Shown piece after piece: positions 6,925 through 15,601 of a stretch of 64,000 bases of DNA. The DNA lies in assembly GCA_964545915.1 (NCBI GenBank), contig CAZJHQ010000003.1, positions 25,582 to 89,581 of the forward strand, written 5' to 3'. The DNA comes from an uncultured Candidatus Kuenenia sp. (GTDB taxonomy: Bacteria; Planctomycetota; Planctomycetia; Pirellulales; UBA1268). Numbering within the stretch: the stretch's first letter is position 1; each line of letters opens with the position of its first letter. The position numbers were made by a program, and so were the translations under genes. The notes beneath the pieces are model-generated. The model ran no database searches and was not told the origin of the DNA. It saw only the letters and a program-made list of their open reading frames with translations.

Positions 6925-8949
6925 TCAGCGGCGGCGCGGTCCGAAGAAATAGGCCTTCATGTAGAACATCGTGAAAATGCCGATCACGATCAGGCCGCTC
7001 CCGGCATACTTCGTGCCGCGGCCGGGGTCGTGGTTGACGGTCAGCACCGAGGCCTCGAGCCGCTCGGGCTTCTCGCGGGCCGACGCCGTGAACCGCTCGT
7101 AGAGATCGTCTCCCGGGAGCCAGGGGCCCATGAAGCTCTCCTGGAAGAGACGGTAGGAGCGGCCCGTCAGCGGATCGGAGAAGTCGACCGGCGCGTTCAT
7201 CGTGATCGTCACCGGATCATTGACCAGCGGCCGGCCATCCTTGGTGAGGAACTCGACGATGCTGGAGAAGTGCGAGGCCTGGCTGGTGCCGGGATCGAGC
7301 CGCCGCTCGAAGTTGTCGAGCCGCACGTCGAAGCCCACGTCCACGGCCGTGGGCAGGAGCGTGATCGCGGCCGAGCGGGTCGGGCCCTCGACCACCTTGC
7401 GCTCGGCGGGGCCGGGCGGCTCCGCGATCGGCTGAATCGGCATCCCGGCGATCCAGAACTCTTCCGCCCGGCCGTCCACCGTGAGCCGCACCTTCGCGGC
7501 CCGGCGCTTGGCCGAGGGCGGCTTCGCCTTGTCGAAGGGGAGCGGCAGCGTGGCGATCTCGAGGGAGTCGGCGGGCAGGAAGCGATCGACCCGGAGCTCG
7601 AGCTTGGCCCGCGGCATCTCGAAGCCGGCCACTGGCCGGCCGTCGAGCGGCAGCACGCCCGCCGTCGCCGCCGGCGCCTGCCAGCGGCGGTAGAGCAGCG
7701 AAAACCCCGCGGCCGTGCGATCGGCCGTGACCGTGGAGGGGAGGCCTTTGGCCTGGATGACGTCGATCCGGCTCCGGGCCTTGCCCTGCATCCGCTCCGC
7801 GGCGTCGGCCGCCCGGCGCTCGATCCACAGCGTGCCGTAGACGCCCGTCCGCGGCGCGTGGATCGTGACCTCCGGGAGATCGGCGAGCACGACCATCTCC
7901 TCCGCCGGCCCATCCTTGCCGCGCCGCACCCGCACCCGCACGCCGGAAAGCCGCGGCTCGAAGTCGTGCACCTCGACGAACAGCGGCGCGGCGGCCGTCT
8001 CACCGGCGGGCGCGAACGCCGGCTTGCCGAGCACGTCGTCCACGAGCATGCGATGGGCCTTGCCGTCGCAGACGAGCACCAGTTGCCCCTTCTCCCCGTA
8101 GCCGAGCGCCGGCTCGGGCACGCCGGCCAGGAACGCCTCGGCCTCCGCGGCGGACCCGGCCTTCCAGAACACGACGGTGCCGCCGCCGGCCTGCTGGCGG
8201 TGCCGCACCTCCGTGGCCCGCAGCGGGTCGGGCTGCCAGGAGAGATCCACCGGAATCCACATCCTGCCCCCGGGCGCGCCATCGAAGGCATCGGTGCCCA
8301 GCCGCAGCTTCACGCCGGGGGCGAGGGCGGCGGACGAGTCGGCGTAGAAGTCGAGCACCTCCAGGCGGACGCCGTCGGCATCGTGAATGACGCCCGTGTC
8401 GCGTGGTGCGAGTCCCCACGGGAACCAGCTCCGCGTCGTGCCATATTCCGACCAGTTGAAGGGGCCGGAGCGAAACTCGATCGGGGCGACCACAGTGCGG
8501 TTTCCGCCGGTCTTGGACTCGAGATCGATGCGGAAGTGGTGCGCGTCCTCGTAGGCCAGGCTGCCCCGCTCCCCTTCCAGAAGCGGGATCTGGGCGTCGA
8601 TGCCGCCGCGCTGCGACATCAGGCAGCCGGCCAACAGCACGAGCAGGCCGATGTGGGTGATCACGAAGCCGGTCTGGTGACGCTTCCACGGGAAGCGGAT
8701 CGCGGCGGCGCAGAAGATGCTCACCGCCAGCAGGGCGTTGAGGAGCGTGAACCACCAGGTGTTCCAGACGCCGAACTTCACGGCCTCGGTGCCAAACCCG
8801 CTCTCCACGAACGTGCCCAGCCCGAGCACGACGGCCAGCAGGGCGATGAGCACGACGGCGAACTGGAGCGACGCGCAGAACTCGTAGGTCCCGAGCAGCG
8901 CCCGGACGACGGCCGGCTGGTCAGGCGTGGCGAGCCGGCGACGCGACAT
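6925..8949 (-). CDS. resB: cytochrome c biogenesis protein ResB/Ccs1
   Basis: N-terminal TM FAVVLIALLAVVLGLGTFVE, a large periplasmic domain and a C-terminal TM. Lies directly upstream of ccsA. ATG 8949 preferred; GTG 8994 is an alternative. Confidence 0.85.
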   Translation of the reverse strand: MSRRRLATPDQPAVVRALLGTYEFCASLQFAVVLIALLAVVLGLGTFVESGFGTEAVKFGVWNTWWFTLLNALLAVSIFCAAAIRFPWKRHQTGFVITHIGLLVLLAGCLMSQRGGIDAQIPLLEGERGSLAYEDAHHFRIDLESKTGGNRTVVAPIEFRSGPFNWSEYGTTRSWFPWGLAPRDTGVIHDADGVRLEVLDFYADSSAALAPGVKLRLGTDAFDGAPGGRMWIPVDLSWQPDPLRATEVRHRQQAGGGTVVFWKAGSAAEAEAFLAGVPEPALGYGEKGQLVLVCDGKAHRMLVDDVLGKPAFAPAGETAAAPLFVEVHDFEPRLSGVRVRVRRGKDGPAEEMVVLADLPEVTIHAPRTGVYGTLWIERRAADAAERMQGKARSRIDVIQAKGLPSTVTADRTAAGFSLLYRRWQAPAATAGVLPLDGRPVAGFEMPRAKLELRVDRFLPADSLEIATLPLPFDKAKPPSAKRRAAKVRLTVDGRAEEFWIAGMPIQPIAEPPGPAERKVVEGPTRSAAITLLPTAVDVGFDVRLDNFERRLDPGTSQASHFSSIVEFLTKDGRPLVNDPVTITMNAPVDFSDPLTGRSYRLFQESFMGPWLPGDDLYERFTASAREKPERLEASVLTVNHDPGRGTKYAGSGLIVIGIFTMFYMKAYFFGPRRR

Positions 8950-9018
8950 GGGGAGAAACTCTGGAGGAATGGTCGCAGATCGACCTGCGTCCACCCTTCA
9001 GTGTAGGACCGTGGCCGT

Positions 9019-10131
9019 TCACCGCCACCCGAAGGTTTCGGCCATGGCGTTCAGCAGCGGATTGGCCAGCGTCGGCCCTTCCGGCGCCCCGATCGTGCGG
9101 ACGAGGTCGTACATCACGAAGCCGCCGCACAGGAGCAGCAGCGAGCAGCACACCAGCCCGGTGATCTGCAGGGCGCTGAACGGCGTTTCGGTCGCGTACT
9201 CGCCGGGCTCGCCGCCGAGGATCACCGACGCACTGTCGCTCGTCAGGTCCTCCGAGAACGCGGAGCCCTCCCCTTCGATCGCCGCCCCGAAGAAGCTCGA
9301 GTCGCCCGTGTCCTCGGTGGCGATCACCACCGAGGCGCTCTCGTCGTCGACGGTGTCGCTGCCGAGTTGGAACTCGTCGCCGCCGAGTCCCGAGCCACCG
9401 CTGACCACCGACACGCCCGCCCCGCCGATCGCGGACCCGCCACCGAGGTCGATGCCGGACATCTGCACGTCACCGTCCTCGAGCGACAGGCCACTGTCGA
9501 GGGCGCCGGAGAGCGCCGCACCGGCGGCGGACAGGCCGGCAATGGATCCAAAATCGCCCGCCCCGCCATTGCCGCCGAGATCGATCGTCAGGCTGCTGCC
9601 GGCGGCCGAGCTGCCGCCCCTCGGGGCCGAGCCCCGGGCGAGTGATGGAGACGAGGCGCCGATGATCGATTCGAGCGCCAGGTCGTCTCCGTCGAGCACG
9701 CCGCCGCCCGTGTTGCCGACGACGACGTCCGCGCCGCCCAACGAGAGTCCCGAGGCGGCCGCCTGGCCGGCATCGCCGCGCACGATCGTCTGCGAGGCCC
9801 CTTTCGACTCCGGCAGATCCGTCGAGAAGATCGACTCTGTGCCGTCAAGCGGATCGCCCAGGGAGATCTCCTCGGCGGCGCCGCTGGCCGGCAAGTCGAG
9901 GTCGAGATCGAGCGCCAGGTCGTCCGACTGCGAGTTGTCGTCGCCGAGATCGCGGGCCACGCGGTCGATGTCGTCGGCCTTGAACTTCACCGTCGCGCCG
10001 TCGCGCATCGGAAAGAGCTTTTTCCGGTCGACGAGGCGATGGACCTCATCGACACTGACGCCCAACTGGCGGGCGGCTTCTTCGAGCGACAGAAATCTTC
10101 CGGCCATCACGGGAACGTCCCTCGGGGGCAT
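9019..10131 (-). CDS. HTH (excisionase/MerR-like) protein with acidic G/S/D-rich linker and C-terminal TM anchor
   Basis: LSLEEAARQLGVSVDEVHRLVDRKKLFP forms the HTH; the C-terminal TM is ITGLVCCSLLLLCGGFVMY. GGAGGAGG precedes the ATG at 10131. Confidence 0.75.
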   Translation of the reverse strand: MPPRDVPVMAGRFLSLEEAARQLGVSVDEVHRLVDRKKLFPMRDGATVKFKADDIDRVARDLGDDNSQSDDLALDLDLDLPASGAAEEISLGDPLDGTESIFSTDLPESKGASQTIVRGDAGQAAASGLSLGGADVVVGNTGGGVLDGDDLALESIIGASSPSLARGSAPRGGSSAAGSSLTIDLGGNGGAGDFGSIAGLSAAGAALSGALDSGLSLEDGDVQMSGIDLGGGSAIGGAGVSVVSGGSGLGGDEFQLGSDTVDDESASVVIATEDTGDSSFFGAAIEGEGSAFSEDLTSDSASVILGGEPGEYATETPFSALQITGLVCCSLLLLCGGFVMYDLVRTIGAPEGPTLANPLLNAMAETFGWR

Positions 10132-10315
10132 GGCAGCCTCCTCCCGGGATCGACAGGGGCCGCACCATCATTCTACGTCCAGCCGCCCCGGATCGTGCGA
10201 CCGGCACCCCCGGCACGACCGGACTCGGCAGGGGCTCGCCCGCCCGGCCGTCGCGCGGGGGGATTCCGCCGGTCCCCGCGCGAGCGGCGGGGGAACGGCT
10301 GGGAAACCCCGGGCC

Positions 10316-10729
10316 TCACCGCCGGGCCGGGGCCAGATCCAGCATCTTCTTGAGGTCGGCCGGCTTCGGCGCCTGAGCATTGAAGTCGCCCACCATGAGG
10401 TCGTAGCTGATGTCGCGGGTGCTCTTGAGCGTCAGCGCGCCCGTGGCGGCCTCCAGGTGATAGACCGCCGCATTCTTGAACTGTGGATCGATCACCAGGA
10501 GCAGGCGGCGGCTCTCGTCGAGCGGGCTGGCGGAGATCCACAGGCCGCCCGGGGCGACGGACTCCGGTGGGGCGGGCCGTTGGGCGGCGGTCTGGCCGCC
10601 CGCGAGCCAGAGCCAACCGGCGACGATGACGGCCGCCACGGCGAGCCCGCGACTGCAGGCGATCGAGTTCCAGGGGCGTTGCACGACGGATGCTCCGGAT
10701 CCTAGCGGCCCGTGGACAAAGCCCTCCAT
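10316..10729 (-). CDS. small secreted/anchored hypothetical protein
   Basis: Internal ATG at 10729 gives a hydrophobic segment LAVAAVIVAGWLWLAGG. Start choice is uncertain. Confidence 0.5.
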   Translation of the reverse strand: MEGFVHGPLGSGASVVQRPWNSIACSRGLAVAAVIVAGWLWLAGGQTAAQRPAPPESVAPGGLWISASPLDESRRLLLVIDPQFKNAAVYHLEAATGALTLKSTRDISYDLMVGDFNAQAPKPADLKKMLDLAPARR

Positions 10730-11094
10730 GGCCCCTGTCCACTTGGCCGACCGGTGGAAACGCCGAGGGTTTCCGCGGTCGGCATTCCTCGCATCCTGCT
10801 CGGGCAGACTTGTTCCACAGTCTGCGAAGCGGTCTGCGGGGAAGGAGGCGGAGCATAGGAAGGACGCAGGGGCGTCGCAAGGCTGCTCGTGTGCTGTGTC
10901 AATGCTGTGGAAGGAAGTCAGTGCGCGCTCGCCTGGCTTGCCTGGCTTCGCTCGTCGCCGGTGGCGAGCCGGTGTTTCGTCGTGCCGGATGTTTGGATTC
11001 AATCGCCTGCGCAAAGCGCACCGATAACGAGGGCGTGTCGTCGTCGGTCCGCGTCGTTCGCGGCGGCGATCGCAACCGTTTCGGGAGGTGTCCG

Positions 11095-12390
11095 GTGTCG
11101 AAGGTCAACGCCCTTTCCGCAGCCCTGCTCCGTTCGCCCCTGCTGTGGGGCGGCGCGCTGGCGTTCTGCTTCTTCGCGCTCATTCACGGCGGCGTGATCA
11201 CCGACGCGAACGTTCTCCGCTACCTCGCCGGCCACTGGGTTGAATACGTCGAGACGGCGATGTTCTGCGTGGGGCTCGCGGCCCTGGCCATCAAGGGCGT
11301 CGATTTGGCCCGGCAGCGCGCGCGGATGGGGGGCGAGCCGCTGCTGCCCGAGATTCCGCCCGGCGGCCAGGAGCCGGGCGAGGCCACGGCGCTCGTCGCG
11401 GCCTTGCCCCAGGGCGAGGCCGGCAACGACTACCTCGTCCGCCGGCTCCGCGAGGCTCTCGACCTCGTCATCCGCACCGGCTCGGCGGATGGCCTCGAGG
11501 ATCATGCCAAGTATCTCTCCGATCTCGACGCTGCCCGAGCCGCCCAGGGCTATGGCCTGGTGCGGTTCGTGATCTGGGCGATCCCGATCATGGGCTTTCT
11601 CGGCACGGTGATCGGCATCACGGTGGCGATCGCGAGCCTGTCGCCGACGCAATTGGAGAACATCTCCGGCGTGGTGGCGGGCCTGGGCACGGCCTTCGAC
11701 ACCACGGCCACGGCCCTCGCCCTGTCGATGGTCCTGATGTTCGTGCAGTTCGTCGTCGACCGCTCCGAGACGAAACTGCTCGCCGAGGTGGACGAGCAGG
11801 CCTGGACGGCGTTGGCCGGCCGGTTTCAGTCGCTATCCGGCGACGAGGGGACGGCGCTGGCGGTCGCCCGGCTTGGCGAGACGCTCGGCCGCGGCTCCGC
11901 CCGGCTGCTCGAGTCGCAGGAGCAGGCGTGGAAGTCGCTCGAGCGGACGGCCGCGGCCGGTATGCGGCAGCTGCTCGACGAAGCCGGCGAGCGGATTCAG
12001 GCCTCGCTTTCGCGATCGCTGGACGTGAGCCTTGGCCGGTGGGCCGAGTCGCTCGCCCAGGCCCACGACACGGTCGCCGCCCGCCGCGAGGCCCGCTGGG
12101 CCGAGGCGGCCGAGTCGCTGGCCGCGGCCGTCCAAGGCCTGGAACGGCAGCAGGATGCGCTGGCCGGCCAGACCGCCCTGCTTGGCGAGGTCGTGGGTGC
12201 GACCCGCGACATCGCGACTCTGGAGCGGGCGCTCGATGCCAACCTCACCGCATTGGCGGCGACGGGCCGGTTCGAGGAGACGCTCGCCACCCTGGCCGCC
12301 GCCGTGCAACTGCTCGCCGCCCGCACGACGGCCGCCGATCACCGCACCGTGGACCTCCAGGCGGCCCGTCGGGTCGGAAAGGCCGCATGA
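11095..12390 (+). CDS. MotA/TolQ/ExbB-family proton channel protein with ~170-aa helical C-terminal tail
   Basis: GTG 11095 preceded by GGGAGG. Four TM segments. Family signatures IMGFLGTVIGITVAIASL and GLGTAFDTTATALALSMVLMFV. The tail is rich in A/L/E/R heptad-like sequence. Confidence 0.85.
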   Translation: MSKVNALSAALLRSPLLWGGALAFCFFALIHGGVITDANVLRYLAGHWVEYVETAMFCVGLAALAIKGVDLARQRARMGGEPLLPEIPPGGQEPGEATALVAALPQGEAGNDYLVRRLREALDLVIRTGSADGLEDHAKYLSDLDAARAAQGYGLVRFVIWAIPIMGFLGTVIGITVAIASLSPTQLENISGVVAGLGTAFDTTATALALSMVLMFVQFVVDRSETKLLAEVDEQAWTALAGRFQSLSGDEGTALAVARLGETLGRGSARLLESQEQAWKSLERTAAAGMRQLLDEAGERIQASLSRSLDVSLGRWAESLAQAHDTVAARREARWAEAAESLAAAVQGLERQQDALAGQTALLGEVVGATRDIATLERALDANLTALAATGRFEETLATLAAAVQLLAARTTAADHRTVDLQAARRVGKAA

Positions 12391-14435
12391 GCCGTGCCCG
12401 CCCCGCATCGGGGGCCTCGATCTCGCTGTTCCCGTTCCTGGCCGTGCTTCTGTGCACGATGGGGGCGTTGCTCGTCCTGCTCGTGCTCTTCAGCCGCTCG
12501 GCCAAGGAGTCGGAGCGGGCCGCGACGGAGACGGCGCAGCGGCAGCGGGCGGACGACCTGCGGCTCGAGCAGGAGCAGCTCGCCTGGCGGCTGGCCCAGC
12601 TCCAGGACGTGCGCGACCGCACGCTCGCCGACCTGTCGCGGGCCCGGATGCAGCTGGCGGGCGTCGAGGACGACAACCGCACACTGGCCGACGAGCTCGA
12701 CGGCCTGGAGCGGGTGGCGGCGGCGCTGGCCGCGGACGCGAAGCCCGACCCGGCCGACGCCGTGACGCTGGCGGAACTGGACCGCAGGCTGAAGAACGCC
12801 CGCGAGTCGCTCGATGCAGCGAAGCGCGACCAGGCCAAGAAGCCGCCCGCCTACGCGGTGGTGCCCTACGAGGGTGTCAACGGCACCCATCGCCGCCCCC
12901 TGTATATAGAGTGCTGCATCGACGGCGTGTTCCTGCAGCCGGAGGGGATTCGGCTCGGCCCTGGCGACTTCGAGGGCCCCCCCGGCCCAGGCAATCCGCT
13001 GGCCAGCGCGCTGCGGGCCGCCCGCGAGCACATTGCCAAGGGGCCGCGCGAGTCGGGGGACCCGGCCGCGCAGCCCTACCCGCTGCTGCTCGTGCGGCCA
13101 TCGGGCGTGATGGCCTACTATGCCGCCCGCGAGGCGATCCAGTCATGGGGCAGCGAGTTCGGCTACCAGTTCGTGGACGAAGACTGGACGCTCGACTATC
13201 CCCCCCGTGATCCGGTGCTCGCCGACGCGGAGATGCGGGCCGTGGAGGAGTCGCGGCGCCGCATCGCCTGGCTTGGCGAGGTGCGGAAGTCGCGGCCGGC
13301 CAAGCCGGTGCAGCAGTACCGCGCCGCCACCACGCGCGGCGGCGTCGTGGCCGATGGCGGCCCGAGCGTGCTCGGCGACCAGTCGCGGTTCGATTGGACC
13401 GAGGAGCAGGCGGCTGGAGCCCAGCGCGGCGGGCCGGGCCGTGGCTTCGCGGCCGCCGCTGGCGCCGCGCGGCGTGAAGGCGGTCTCGTGAGCGGCGCCG
13501 CGTCGGGGGGGGATGCGATCCTCGGGGCCGGCGGTGGCGACGCTCGTGGCTTCGGTGGCAACGGGACCGGTCAAGCCGGCGGCGGCACGGGTGGCGGTGC
13601 CGGCGACACTGCATCCGGCTCGCACGCGAGCGATGCGGGGGCAGCGGGATCCGGCGGCCCGAACTCGGGCGGCAACGGCCTCGGCGATCGGTACGCGGGG
13701 CCGTCGAAGTTCTACGCGGCACATGGCGGCGATCATCCGGCAGGCGGCGATGCGTCCGCGGCCGGTGGGAGTGCGGCGGGGGGGGCATCCGGCGGGCAGT
13801 CGCCGGCGGGCGGGGCCACGGGCAACGCGGCGACCGGCGCGCCGGGGGCCGGTTCCCTTGCTGCCGGGAATGGCGCCGGCGGCCCGCAGACAGGGAAAGC
13901 GGGCGGCGCCGGCGGCTCCGCGGCGGGACCGGCGATGCCGGGGCTCGCCACGCCGGGCGGCGCCGCGGGAGGGATGCTGGAAGGGGCGAGCGACGCGCCA
14001 GCGGGCGGCTCGGCCACCGCGTCGTTGGCGGGCAAACGCGGCAGCAACTGGGCGAGCCTCGCGACCCATGACCGCCCGATCCCGCTGCGGCGACCGATCC
14101 GCCTGGAGTGCGCGGCGGATGAGTTTCGCATCCTTGACGACGGGGGGGGCCGCGTGGAGACCCGCATCCCGCTGGGGGCCGACACGGCCGACTCGATCGA
14201 CCTGCTCGTGACCGCCGTGCATGCGAAGGTGAATCGCTGGGGCATCGCTGGCGACCGCATGTATTGGAAGCCGGAACTCGTGCTCTCCGAAGCGCCCGAC
14301 GGCCGGGCCCGGCGCGAGGATCTGGAACGCCTGCTGGTCGACAGCGGCCTGGAGACCAGGCCGGCCGCGGGCCGCAGCACGGTGCGGCCGCTGCCCCCGA
14401 TCGAGCGCACCGGCGCCCTGCCGACCAAGCGGTGA
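12387..14435 (+). CDS. ExbD/TolR-like single-pass membrane protein (682 aa): coiled coil, two globular domains, G/A-rich linker
   Basis: ATGA overlap with the upstream gene. N-terminus ISLFPFLAVLLCTMGALLVLLVLF aligns with the TolR/ExbD TM (INIVPLLDVLLVLL), but Ala replaces the conserved Asp. Confidence 0.75.
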   Translation: MSRARPASGASISLFPFLAVLLCTMGALLVLLVLFSRSAKESERAATETAQRQRADDLRLEQEQLAWRLAQLQDVRDRTLADLSRARMQLAGVEDDNRTLADELDGLERVAAALAADAKPDPADAVTLAELDRRLKNARESLDAAKRDQAKKPPAYAVVPYEGVNGTHRRPLYIECCIDGVFLQPEGIRLGPGDFEGPPGPGNPLASALRAAREHIAKGPRESGDPAAQPYPLLLVRPSGVMAYYAAREAIQSWGSEFGYQFVDEDWTLDYPPRDPVLADAEMRAVEESRRRIAWLGEVRKSRPAKPVQQYRAATTRGGVVADGGPSVLGDQSRFDWTEEQAAGAQRGGPGRGFAAAAGAARREGGLVSGAASGGDAILGAGGGDARGFGGNGTGQAGGGTGGGAGDTASGSHASDAGAAGSGGPNSGGNGLGDRYAGPSKFYAAHGGDHPAGGDASAAGGSAAGGASGGQSPAGGATGNAATGAPGAGSLAAGNGAGGPQTGKAGGAGGSAAGPAMPGLATPGGAAGGMLEGASDAPAGGSATASLAGKRGSNWASLATHDRPIPLRRPIRLECAADEFRILDDGGGRVETRIPLGADTADSIDLLVTAVHAKVNRWGIAGDRMYWKPELVLSEAPDGRARREDLERLLVDSGLETRPAAGRSTVRPLPPIERTGALPTKR

Positions 14436-14457
14436 CCGCCGTCCCCGGAGCCCTGCC

Positions 14458-15450
14458 ATGCCCCGCCCCAAGCCCGAAGACATCGGCTCCGCCGGACAGG
14501 ACTCGTTCCTCGACGTCGTCACGAACATCGTCGGCATCCTCATCATCCTCGTGATGGTGATCGGGGGCCGCGTGCAGCAGGTCATGCTCCGGCCGCCGCA
14601 GCCCGCCGCCGAGACGTCCGCGATCGAGAAGGCCATCGAGGATCTGGACGAGACGGTGGCCTCGACCGAGGGCGAGATCGACCAGCTCCAGGCGCAGGCC
14701 CGCACGGTGGCCACGGCCGCCGCGTTTGCAGCCGACGCCCGCATCCAGCTGGCGACCGCCGTGTCGGCGGCGAAGGTGAGCATCGACCGCTGGAAGCAGG
14801 CCAGCGATGCCACGAAGGTGGCCGCGGCCGAAGCGGCGGCCCGGCGCCGCCAGCTGGAGGAGGAGATCCGCACGTGTACGCTCGAAGCCGAGGGGCTCGC
14901 CCATGTGCCCGCCACGACCAAGGAGGTGCTCGCCTATCCGACGCCGATCGGGCGGACGGTGAACGGCGAGGAGATCCACTTCCGGCTCGCCGGCGGACGG
15001 ATTGCCTACATTCCCCTCGAGGAACTCTTCGAGCTTGCCAAGAGCCACACCCAGCGGCAGGGCTCGTCGATCGCCCAGCTCGCCAACCGCGTGGAGACCG
15101 TGGGGCCCGAGCAGGGCTTCGCGCTCGACTACGTGATCGAGGCCAAGATCGACCAGGCCCGCGGGCAGGTGCTGATCCGCTCCCGCGAGTGGGTCGTGCG
15201 GCCGCAGCAGGTCGGTATCGGTGAGACGGCCGACGAGGCGCTCGGCAGCGGGTCGCGCTTCCGTCGCGTCCTCTCGGGGGCGAAGCCGGAAACGACCGTC
15301 ACGCTGTGGTGCTACCCGGACAGTTTTCCGGAATATCGGCGGCTCCGCGAAGAACTGCACCGCCTCGGGATCCCATCGGCCGGCCGGCCGATGCCGGAGG
15401 GGGCTCCGATCGGCGGGTCCACCGAGGGGAGCAAGAGCGTCGTGCAGTGA
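14458..15450 (+). CDS. ExbD/TolR-like single-pass membrane protein (330 aa) with coiled coil
   Basis: N-terminus DSFLDVVTNIVGILIILVMV keeps the conserved Asp-Val of the ExbD/TolR TM helix. Starts 22 nt after the previous stop. Confidence 0.75.
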   Translation: MPRPKPEDIGSAGQDSFLDVVTNIVGILIILVMVIGGRVQQVMLRPPQPAAETSAIEKAIEDLDETVASTEGEIDQLQAQARTVATAAAFAADARIQLATAVSAAKVSIDRWKQASDATKVAAAEAAARRRQLEEEIRTCTLEAEGLAHVPATTKEVLAYPTPIGRTVNGEEIHFRLAGGRIAYIPLEELFELAKSHTQRQGSSIAQLANRVETVGPEQGFALDYVIEAKIDQARGQVLIRSREWVVRPQQVGIGETADEALGSGSRFRRVLSGAKPETTVTLWCYPDSFPEYRRLREELHRLGIPSAGRPMPEGAPIGGSTEGSKSVVQ

Positions 15451-15601
15451 TCCCGGGCCGGTCTTTCCGGATCACCGGGAACGCGGCGTTCGCGCCGTCG
15501 CCTGCCAGCGACGGCCGCCGCTCCGCCTCCGATTGACTCGGAAAATAGACGCCTGTACACTCATCTCATGCGAGGGTCGAGTGTGATCCGGCGCGTCGAG
15601 G

